In this document: positions 1 to 18,154 of the stretch, piece after piece
How positions within the stretch are numbered: position 1 is the stretch's first letter
Layout: each line of letters begins with the position of its first letter
Assembly (NCBI GenBank): GCA_039621445.1
Contig: CP154954.1
Span: 1,302,001 to 1,366,000, forward strand
DNA from: Euglena gracilis
Lineage: Eukaryota
Length of the DNA stretch: 64,000 nt
Direction: 5' to 3'
Translations under genes and position numbers: made by a program
The notes under the pieces: model-generated
What the model was told of the DNA's origin: nothing
Database searches by the model: none
The model's input: only the letters and a program-made list of their open reading frames with translations

Positions 1-3011
<3,011 letters not shown>

Positions 3012-3161
3012 AATTATTATTGACGTATTGTAAATAATTTTTAACTATATCTTACTTAAAAAGCTTTTATTAATATTTATTTAGTTATGCTTTGTTGAGT
3101 AAACATAATGTTTCCACTTTGTTTTTTTAGTTTGACTACGAAAAATTATAATTTTTTTACA

Positions 3162-4987
3162 ATGACATTAGATGTATCAATTAGTACGTTACGAAGTTGC
3201 TTTTAGTTTATTAGGTATAAGTTAAAATAAAAGATAAGAAATAAAATTTTATTTATGTGTTTTTTTTAAGTTAAGTAAATTTTCCTTAAATTGTATGTTT
3301 TTGGCTATTCATATTAATTAAAAAATTGGTTAATCTAATTGGTTAATCTTAATATTTTCAATAATTTGTTAATAAGTTTAGTAATTTTTCAAGTAGAACG
3401 TAAATAGGTTTTATTTTGGATTTTTTTTTAATAAAGAATAAACTTTTGACATATTTTTATTTAAAATTAAATGTTTAAGCTGTATGTTTTTTTTTACTTG
3501 TACAGTTTTTTAAGAGAAATTTTAGTTCGCTAATATATTTCTTTTTTCATTAAATTCTAGTTTAAATCTTTTTTCTTGAGTATTTATTTTTCAAAAGTTA
3601 ATTTTTTAAATAATTTTCGTTTTTGGGGATTTTATTCTCTTTTTTAAACTTTTCTGTATGAAAAGTAAAATTATTTTATTTTTTGGTAATTGAAATTTAT
3701 TTATTATTTTAGTAGACCAATAAAAGCAAAGAGAATAGGTTTTAATTTAATTTTCTATAAATTTTTATTCTAAAGAAAATTTTACATTTTAGTTTTAATA
3801 AGTCTTGTTTTAGAGTTTTATATAATATAAAACAACCTAACCTTTTTTGCGATAGTATGTTGAAAAGCTAAATAAATCAACAATTTTTGTTTAGTTTGTG
3901 AATAAAATTTTCAAAATTGAATTTATATTTTCTACTTTACTTATTCCTGAAAGAGTTTTTTGGGAAAAACGAGTTGAAGAAATTATTCTTCCTACTTTAA
4001 GTGGTCAGATGGGGGTTCTTAAAGACCATGTGTGACACATTATTAAAACGTTTGTTAATTTTATTAATTATAATTTTTTGATAAATGCTTGTTTGAGATT
4101 TAACTTTACTTTTACTTTTAACCATATTAGTTAATTATTTTTATTTTCTGCATTAACATTTTGTTTGTGCGTGGTAGCTTTGAATATTTTCTAAAATTTA
4201 AAATTTACTTTTTTATAAATTATTTTTTATAAATAAGAAAAATTTAAAATTTTAAGATTAATATAATTTATAGTTTATTTTGAAAATGTATATTTAAGTC
4301 TTGTTTTAGAAGAATATATTTAAACTGTTATTTTATAACTATTTAAAGTGTTTTTACATGTTTTAGAAAAAATTTTTAATAGTTTTAATTTTTTTAAAAA
4401 CAATACTTGATAAACATAATTTGTAAGATATAATATTTGAATCTAAAAAATTTTTAAATTTGTATGCAATGGTAAGGAATGTGTATTTTTATGTAAATTA
4501 TTTACAAAATTTTTGTTTTTTTTTAGTACTTTTGATTCTATCACAATTTAGTTTTAGTCAATTTTTAAGCAAATTTTAAAAGATTTTTTGTTAAATGCCG
4601 TATGAGATTTAAATCTCCCGTACTGTATTGTTGGGGAAAAAATTAACTTAATTTATTAATTTTTAATGATAAATTTTTTTCTATCTAAATATTCCAATAT
4701 TGACTGGATTAGATATAGGTATAATCTTAGTTCGTCAAAAGTCTTCTTCCGATTGGACTAGTTTGGTTGTAACAGGAGGTTTTGCATTAATTAATAGCAA
4801 TAACGTTACTATATTAGTCAATGAAGCAGAATTTGGTTCCGAAATTAATGTAGAACAAGCACAGATTTCTTATAATTCATCTAAACATGCTTTAGAAATG
4901 AATAAAGATATTAAGAGAAAATTTGAATTAACTTTAAATTTAAAAAAAGCACGTGCTAGATTCCAGGTCACTCAACTTAAAAAGTAG
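3162..4987 (+). CDS. atpE: ATP synthase CF1 epsilon subunit; exons 3162-3183, 3941-4029, 4691-4987
   Basis: Spliced MTLDVSIIIPERVFWEKRVEEIILPTLSGQMGVLKDHIPILTGLDIG...; follows atpB. Confidence 0.95.
3184..3940 (+). other. atpE intron 1, group II twintron (internal intron ~3525-3926 inside domain VI of the external intron)
   Basis: Domain V-like AAGCTGTATG...TTGTACAGTT at ~3477-3507, then a second 5' splice-like GTTCG at 3525 and TTTAT end at 3926; removing it restores a short domain VI; fits the known Euglena atpE twintron. Confidence 0.7.
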
Positions 4988-5258
4988 TTTAATTTATTGT
5001 TTTATTAAATTATACGTTTTTAATTTATGTTGATAGATTTTTTATAATAAAAATTTTTTCAATTATTAATAGTTTAAAATTATGTTTGTTTTATAGTATA
5101 TTATTACTTAAACTATAAAATAGTGTAGTTAGTGTATTGAAACTGACAGTTTGATTTAAACGTTTTTGGTTTCGATTCACTCATTTATTCTTTAATTTAA
5201 TTAAATTAAAATTCAAAATTCGACTTTTAGGCAAGAATTTAAGTAAAAAAAAAATGTT

Positions 5259-5975
5259 ATGTTATCCGAATATGATAATCTAAACTTTGAAAAGAGCGTT
5301 GAAGGTAAAGGTTCTTTTCTTAATAAAAACCAAATAGAATCTTATTTGGCCTTACGAAAAAAGAAAGGAAAAATATATAATTTAGATTCTGAATTTTGGC
5401 GTGCTTTTTGTGAATCTCACAATATTAATATGGAATCTATTTTAAATTTATATATATCGAATAAATCTATTTCTAGTAAGGATTGTTAAAATACTATCTT
5501 ATATTGTTGGACGAGATTACCTTAAAGGCAGAACCGCTAACTTTTATGCTTACATTAAAGTGGATAAACGATTAGATACGCGCTCGACTCGTTTTTTGGA
5601 TTTGAGATTAAAAAAAGACTGTGAAGAGGTTACAGTTTGTGGAAATTATAGCGCAGCTAAGTCAGAAGAATATTCTATCGATTATATAATAAAAATGGTT
5701 TTAAGTCAGAGAGCATATGGTATACAAGATTTTACTGATTCGTTAGTAATTAGTCCGTGTTTGTCTGTAAAATTAGATGATCATTACCAAATGTTGTCAC
5801 TTTGGAACCGCATGATAAAACTAGCTGAAAAAGGCAATATTTTTAAGGCTCTATCTCTTTTAAAAAAAGAAAGGCCAGATTACTACATCAAAAAATTTGT
5901 AGCAATTAAAAAAATTTAAATGCAATTTTTATGTCTTTTAAAAATGATAAAAAATTAAATAGGGAGGTTTTATGA
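5259..5975 (+). pseudogene. Degenerate geminivirus-like Rep paralog (HUH-fold plus oligomerisation domain, no helicase), frameshifted
   Basis: Frame of the 5560 ORF is open from 5446: ILSYIVGRDYLKGRTANFYAYIKVDKRLDTRSTRFLDL...GNYSAAKSEEYSIDYIIK...KALSLLKKERPDYYIKKFVAIKKNLNAIF (tail from mirror copy); matches Rep GRS, motif III and central domain; 76-aa ORF at 5259 is the probable N-terminus. Confidence 0.7.
5961..5967 (+). promoter_or_regulatory. Shine-Dalgarno site for the Rep gene
   Basis: AGGGAGG 4 nt upstream of ATG 5972. Confidence 0.7.
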
Positions 5976-7195
5976 ATTTATTAAATACGAACAAAAATAA
6001 CATTGATAATAATATGAGACGTATTTCATCAAAAAAAGTTTTTTTAACCTATTCTTATTGTTCCGCAGATCTTTCAGAAATTTTAAATTTTTTTAAAAAT
6101 AAATTTGAAGTAAAATATGGACTAGTTGATTATGCGTTGGTAAGATAGTTTCATAAAACCGGATACCCTCATGTACACTCATATTTCGTTTTTATTAAAA
6201 AAATAGACACTAAGGCAGCAAATTTTTTTGATATATATGTTGATTCTAAAACTTATAGTGCATATGTTCAAACAGTTAATAACGAGAAAGATTTGTTGGA
6301 CTATTTAACAAAACAAATATTTAACTTTGTAGATGCTTCAAAAAATTTCATGGCTTCTCCATCAATTTTGAAAAAGTATGGTAAATATTTTGAATATTGT
6401 CCATTAGAAGAAAGGATGATTGAATTAGCAAAAAAAGGAGAGATAGCGGATGCTATGTTGTTGTTTGAAAAAGAAAAACCTTCTGAATTTGTATATAAAG
6501 GTGATGCTATTGAAAAACGACTTAGAAACATATATTTAAGCACAAGGTTAGGAGTTAAAGCAAAAATTAATTTTAATGACTATGTGATACCTCGAGATTT
6601 AAGGTGGATGTTAGACATTTATGAATCTTATCTGAATATGGGTGAAAATAAAGTATTTTTAATTTTAGGCGGTGAGCTTAGGTATTTAATAGATTTTTTT
6701 GAATCTTATTTGCAATTCAAAGGCTTTTATCTTCTAGTAGTTAAGGAAGCTAAGGATTTACTGCGATTTAGAAATACTTGTCATTACGATGCGATAATTT
6801 TTTCAGACTCTAGCATTTTAGAGTATCAAAATGTAGATGAGCTAAAAAATTTATTTAACTCTTTAGAAACAACGTTAAAAGTTCATAATCGAAAAAATAG
6901 TGTTAAAGTACTTTTATCTCCTGCTTTACCAAAAGCTATAATGTCGTCAAAACCTTATAAAGTTTTGGAACAATTTTTTAAAGAAAAAGGAATTGAAATG
7001 GAAGGCATACTACCTTATCAATTAAATGCCGATGATAAATTACTTCCCCCACATTTTCATAATTCAGAAATGGAAAAATCAAAGGAATACAGAGAACTTG
7101 AAAGTAAAACTAAAGTTTATATTCAAGAATTCTTAAAAAAAGCTAATATGAATGATGAAAATGAAGGAAATGATAATCAAAAAAATACTAATTAA
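5972..7195 (+). pseudogene. Geminivirus/pCRESS-like replication initiator Rep, 407 codons with one internal TAG (6146-6148); the 300-aa ORF is its C-terminal part
   Basis: ATG 5972 is in frame with 6293; motif I KVFLTYSYC (6041-6052), motif II R*FHKTGYPHVH, GRS-like NFFDI, motif III DYLTK (6302-6313), central AMLLFEKEKPSEFV...RLRNIY, eroded Walker B YDAIIFSD. Confidence 0.85.
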
Positions 7196-7273
7196 TACGT
7201 TTTTATTATATGTTATTATTTTATTAGTAATAAAAATATTACTAATTTGTTATTTGTTATAAATATGTTATAT

Positions 7274-7452
7274 TTATTCTAGGGCGGAAAATTAGTGGTA
7301 ACATTAATTTGTTAAAAAATGCCTCTTGACATCAAAAGTTCGAATTAATTTTGAAAAGCATGAGGCATTTTTTTAACAATTATTTTAAGTTTAATAAAAC
7401 TTAAAATTTTTTTTTAATAAATTTTTTTTTTTCTGTCCGCCCGGAGAATAAA
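7274..7452. repeat. Nested inverted repeats and hairpins downstream of Rep
   Basis: TTGTTAAAAAATGCCTC (7309-7325) pairs with GAGGCATTTTTTTAACAA (7362-7379); ATTTTAAGTTT/AAACTTAAAAT (7382-7407); outer TTATTCTAGGGCGGA pairs imperfectly with TCCGCCCGGAGAATAA. Confidence 0.8.
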
Positions 7453-7532
7453 AAAATTTAGAAAATTATTGCTCTATTATTTTTGGGAGAATAAAATGAA
7501 CAATTCAAAAACAAAACTTCAAAAAAAAAAAT

Positions 7533-7585
7533 AAAGTTCGCTGAGAATAAAATACCAGCGGACACGTTTTTGTTATTTTTTGTTA
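7533..7585 (+). repeat. Hairpin direct repeat, copy 1
   Basis: AAAGTTCGCTG-AGAATAAAATAC-CAGCGGAC-ACGTTTTTGTTATT. Confidence 0.85.
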
Positions 7586-7802
7586 TAAAGTTGTGATTAA
7601 AATCATTATAAATATTATTACTAGTATAATTATTATCAAATTAATTTTTATTTTATTGCTAACTTGTTATTAAATTGTTATTAAATAGCTAATTTGTTGT
7701 ATGAGCATTAAGCGTTAAATTAATTGGGTAGGTCAACAATAAACTATTGTTGAAAGAATATAGTTATAGTTAATTGGACAAATTTTTTATGGGAGAATAA
7801 TT

Positions 7803-9533
7803 ATGGTTCAAAAATTAAGAAAAAAATACAAATTCAAAATTAACACCACAAGTTCGAGATATTATGGTAGTTATAATATAACACGTAATTGGAGAATTTT
7901 AATAAGGACAAATTTTCAATCTTTAATAGAAATGGATTATTCTTTTATTAAAAAATGGCATGCAATAATAAACGACGATAAAATTTCTTTTATTATGTAT
8001 ACCATATGCAAATACGTGGATTTTCAGAAAGAAACCGATATTTTTATTAAAGCTTACCTCGAACTAAAGAAAAATTGTCGGCCAAAATATTTAGAAGACT
8101 TGTTTAGTTTTGATAAAAATACAATTATAAGTATCGAAAAAGCTAAAGGGGATAGTCCTGGCAATGTTGGTGGTTTTATTATTAATTGCCGAGACCCCGA
8201 AGAGGAACTTTTTTGGAATAGAATACCGCGCTATGAATCTAAAAATAATAACTGTTTAAGTTTTAAATTTATTACTCAATATAATTTAATTGAGAAAGCA
8301 AGGGGAAATTATTTTCTACCTAAAATTTTCCTTGAAGTTTTAAAAAAAGGTCCGGAAGAGATTGATAAAGAAAAAAGAAAAACTGTTTTAGCAAAAAAAA
8401 TCGATAATGACGAAGAAATAGAAAAAATAGAAATAAAAAAAGAAAAACAATTTGAAATTAAGAGCTTTTTCGAGGATTCAGAATTTTTAGCAATAACCGA
8501 AAAATATACAAAAAAGTGTGAGGATTTAATAAATATTAACAATAAAGGGAAAAAAATAAGAGATTTATTTTGCAATTATATTTTAGAATTATTAATTCTA
8601 GAAATAAATATTTTAAATTCTCAAAGTAAACCAAAATATTCGGATGTTTTTATTTGTACTTATAAAAAAAAAAAGAACAATAATGAAATAGAGTGGTATT
8701 TTAATTGGATGTCTATTGATAGAATCCTTAAACAATTTTTATATAAATCAATTAAACCGTGGCAAAATAAAAATATTGACGATATTAATCAAGGAGAAAT
8801 TTATAATATAATTACTAATAAATCACTTACAGATAATACAATAAATTCTGTTAAACGTTCTTTTCAAAATAGATTGAATGAAAATGTTAACTTAACGAAC
8901 GTAAGAAAATCATACAAAAAAATAAAATTTGTTTCGTTTAGTTTAACTAAGTTTTATAGCAATGAAAATAACGTTTTTTTTGTAAAATTAAAAATTGAGA
9001 TTTTCGTATGTGATAGTTTTAATACTAGCCTTATAAGAGATTTTCTTAATTTAATTACAAGTGAAGATATTCTATGGATAATGTATTCGGTAGAACCTGT
9101 AATATTAATACATACTGATTCCAAAGATAAAATTCTTCAAGAGACATATCTAAAATTAGAATGTAAAGCAGTAAAATCACAGCTATATTTAAATATATAT
9201 GTGATATTTGATGAAAAAAGAGTATGGACTAAAAATTTAGTTGAAAGCTTTTTTTCTACTATTAAAAATGGTAAAATTTTAAATATATCAAACGTACCAA
9301 AACTAGGAGGTCTTTGTTTTTGTTATGTTCTTAATAACCTTTTGCTAAAAGCAAATAAAAAAAATCAATTAGCTGAAATTAAAATATATCAGCATACAAA
9401 ATATGAAATTCCTTCCAAATATAAAATCAAATTTATCAACGAATCGCCATTATTTTTAAGAGAATATACTGGGTCTTTGAACTTCTTATATATTTTACTT
9501 AGTATGTTACTAGATAATATAACTAATAAATAA
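7803..9533 (+). CDS. Hypothetical 576-aa protein of the atpE-rbcL island, possibly with degenerate HUH/Rep-like domains
   Basis: Long intronless ORF, same translation in both copies; GGGAG SD-like site at 7791-7795. Confidence 0.75.
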   Translation: MVQKLRKKYKFKINTTSSRYYGSYNITRNWRILIRTNFQSLIEMDYSFIKKWHAIINDDKISFIMYTICKYVDFQKETDIFIKAYLELKKNCRPKYLEDLFSFDKNTIISIEKAKGDSPGNVGGFIINCRDPEEELFWNRIPRYESKNNNCLSFKFITQYNLIEKARGNYFLPKIFLEVLKKGPEEIDKEKRKTVLAKKIDNDEEIEKIEIKKEKQFEIKSFFEDSEFLAITEKYTKKCEDLININNKGKKIRDLFCNYILELLILEINILNSQSKPKYSDVFICTYKKKKNNNEIEWYFNWMSIDRILKQFLYKSIKPWQNKNIDDINQGEIYNIITNKSLTDNTINSVKRSFQNRLNENVNLTNVRKSYKKIKFVSFSLTKFYSNENNVFFVKLKIEIFVCDSFNTSLIRDFLNLITSEDILWIMYSVEPVILIHTDSKDKILQETYLKLECKAVKSQLYLNIYVIFDEKRVWTKNLVESFFSTIKNGKILNISNVPKLGGLCFCYVLNNLLLKANKKNQLAEIKIYQHTKYEIPSKYKIKFINESPLFLREYTGSLNFLYILLSMLLDNITNK

Positions 9534-9566
9534 TTAAGTTATTATATTATTCCATTAAAATTTTTT

Positions 9567-9754
9567 AAAGTCCACCAAGAATAAAATTCTAGTGGACACG
9601 TTTGTTATTAAATTGTTATTATTAGTATAATTATTATAAAATTATTTAATTAAAAATATAAATAATTTAGTTAGCTAGTTGTTATTAAAATGTTATTAAC
9701 TTTTTTAAAGTTCACCGAGAATAAAATCCTAGTGGACACGTTTTTGTTATTTTT
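9567..9754 (+). repeat. Hairpin direct repeat, copies 2 and 3 (140 bp apart)
   Basis: AAAGTCCACCA-AGAATAAAATTC-TAGTGGAC-ACGTTTGTTATT at 9567 and AAAGTTCACCG-AGAATAAAATCC-TAGTGGAC-ACGTTTTTGTTATT at 9707. Confidence 0.85.
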
Positions 9755-9788
9755 ATTGGTTTTAGTTTAAGGTCAGCAGGAACAACTT

Positions 9789-9977
9789 TTATAACCTTTT
9801 ATTATGGTATCGTACTTTAATAAATCTAAATTTAAGGAATTCTGCAACATATTCTAAAGATAAAGGGCATTTTGGAGATGTAAGAAATACTTTCCTAGCT
9901 GACAGTCGGTATTTAGCGTTTTTACCAACGTTTTTTTCAAATTTATTAAAGGAACTTTTCTTTGATTTTACTTTTTT
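9789..9977 (-). pseudogene. N-terminal Rep fragment (motif I), no start codon
   Basis: Minus-strand translation KNAKYRLSARKVFLTSPKCPLSLEYVAEFLK resembles geminiviral FRLxAKNYFLTYPKCSLxKEE. Confidence 0.75.
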
Positions 9978-10013
9978 CTAACGTAATTTTTTGATTAGTT
10001 TTATTTGGAGTTA

Positions 10014-10065
10014 TAACCTATTATTAATCTATTAACCTATTATTAATCTATTAACTTATTATTAT
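10014..10065 (+). repeat. 19-bp tandem repeat (~2.7 copies), iteron-like
   Basis: TAACCTATTATTAATCTAT at 10014 and 10033, partial copy at 10052. Confidence 0.8.
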
Positions 10066-10400
10066 ATTATTATTATTATTAGGGGGCAATTTACTTAGCA
10101 AATTCTCGGTCGTTACTGACAAAACGGGGTATGGTTTTGTAAACATTAACCACGCAATAACACAATCACAATATTGCACTAATAACTTAAAAAAGTCACT
10201 CACATGATATTATTACTAAATAAATGTAATCTGCCTCAGGCAAACGGTTTTGAACTATGTGTATGAAAAGTAATGAGAATTCTTTACAATTAAAGGGATG
10301 TAACATGTAAATCGTTAAATACGACTGCATACAACTCCTATTTAAGATACTATGTACGGGAAATAAGCAAAAAATAATACATTATTCAAGGAAAACTACT

Positions 10401-10610
10401 ATGGTACGTAAAAAAGATATATTAAATGAAAGGTTAAAAAATTACACAATAGAAACAGACGTGTCCCGTAAGGTGAGGCAAAAAGTTGCGTTCCGTTTAG
10501 CGGCTAAAAACATATTTTTGATGTATAATAAAGTTTCATCTTCATTTACTGTGGAGGATATTAGTTATTCTTTACTTGAGAAGCTGAAGCCATATGGTGT
10601 ATTATCGTAG
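10401..10610 (+). pseudogene. Truncated Rep N-terminus (69 aa, motif I)
   Basis: AFRLAAKNIFLMYNK matches the Rep motif I context; AAGGA SD-like site upstream; stops before motif II. Confidence 0.7.
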
Positions 10611-10802
10611 ATACGTATATTGACTGTGAAACTAACGTAACTGACTTATCTAGAGTAAAAGAAACTAAACGTGAGTATTATATTTTTAGACCTCAAATAG
10701 ACAAAAATTAGTAGCAAAACTTATTAATAATAATAATGTAAATTATCTATAAATAACTGTAAAGTGATTTTTCGAATATAATTTTTATTTTATTATTAAA
10801 AT

Positions 10803-12960
<2,158 letters not shown>

Positions 12961-13149
12961 TAATATAAATTTTATCTATTTTAAATTTATTAAATATTTT
13001 ACTAATAAATGTTTTATTTTATTTTTTATTTTTTATAATTAATTATTTTAAAATAATAAATTTTAAGTTTGTAATTGAATGTTATTTTGGCTTCATTTTG
13101 TTTTTGGTTGACATTTTACGGCATGCTTGTTTTTTTTCTTTTGCTTTTT

Positions 13150-17329
<4,180 letters not shown>

Positions 17330-17521
17330 ATTTTAATAATAAAATAAAAATTATATTCGAAAAATCACTTTACAGTTATTTATAGATAATTTACATTATT
17401 ATTATTAATAAGTTTTGCTACTAATTTTTGTCTATTTGAGGTCTAAAAATATAATACTCACGTTTAGTTTCTTTTACTCTAGATAAGTCAGTTACGTTAG
17501 TTTCACAGTCAATATACGTAT

Positions 17522-17731
17522 CTACGATAATACACCATATGGCTTCAGCTTCTCAAGTAAAGAATAACTAATATCCTCCACAGTAAATGAAGATGAAACT
17601 TTATTATACATCAAAAATATGTTTTTAGCCGCTAAACGGAACGCAACTTTTTGCCTCACCTTACGGGACACGTCTGTTTCTATTGTGTAATTTTTTAACC
17701 TTTCATTTAATATATCTTTTTTACGTACCAT
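17522..17731 (-). pseudogene. Truncated Rep N-terminus, mirror copy
   Basis: Same translation as 10401-10610. Confidence 0.7.
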
Positions 17732-18154
17732 AGTAGTTTTCCTTGAATAATGTATTATTTTTTGCTTATTTCCCGTACATAGTATCTTAAATAGGAGTTG
17801 TATGCAGTCGTATTTAACGATTTACATGTTACATCCCTTTAATTGTAAAGAATTCTCATTACTTTTCATACACATAGTTCAAAACCGTTTGCCTGAGGCA
17901 GATTACATTTATTTAGTAATAATATCATGTGAGTGACTTTTTTAAGTTATTAGTGCAATATTGTGATTGTGTTATTGCGTGGTTAATGTTTACAAAACCA
18001 TACCCCGTTTTGTCAGTAACGACCGAGAATTTGCTAAGTAAATTGCCCCCTAATAATAATAATAATATAATAATAAGTTAATAGATTAATAATAGGTTAA
18101 TAGATTAATAATAGGTTATAACTCCAAATAAAACTAATCAAAAAATTACGTTAG

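Larger units (their letters stand above)
4990..10800. mobile_element. Integrated, decayed rolling-circle element island (CRESS/geminivirus-like Rep genes plus hairpin repeats) between atpE and rbcL
   Basis: Four Rep-like reading frames or fragments, an intronless 576-aa ORF, SD sequences and repeated hairpins; no plastid housekeeping genes. Confidence 0.8.

Noticed and set aside
6301-8575. Antisense ORFs 6301-6543 and 8309-8575 (and mirrors 21589, 19557)
   Set aside because: Shadows of longer sense ORFs, low complexity.
9099-9107. Exact geminivirus nonamer TAATATTAC on the minus strand
   Set aside because: Inside ORF576 coding sequence with no evident stem; the same 9-mer occurs by chance in psbB.
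7803-9533. ORF576 as an intron maturase or reverse transcriptase
   Set aside because: Intergenic, with no YADD or domain X motifs recognisable.
7533-9754. Hairpin repeats as a CRISPR array or integron attC sites
   Set aside because: Only three copies at irregular spacing (2 kb and 140 bp); no cas or tyrosine integrase gene; no RYYYAAC/GTTRRRY pair.
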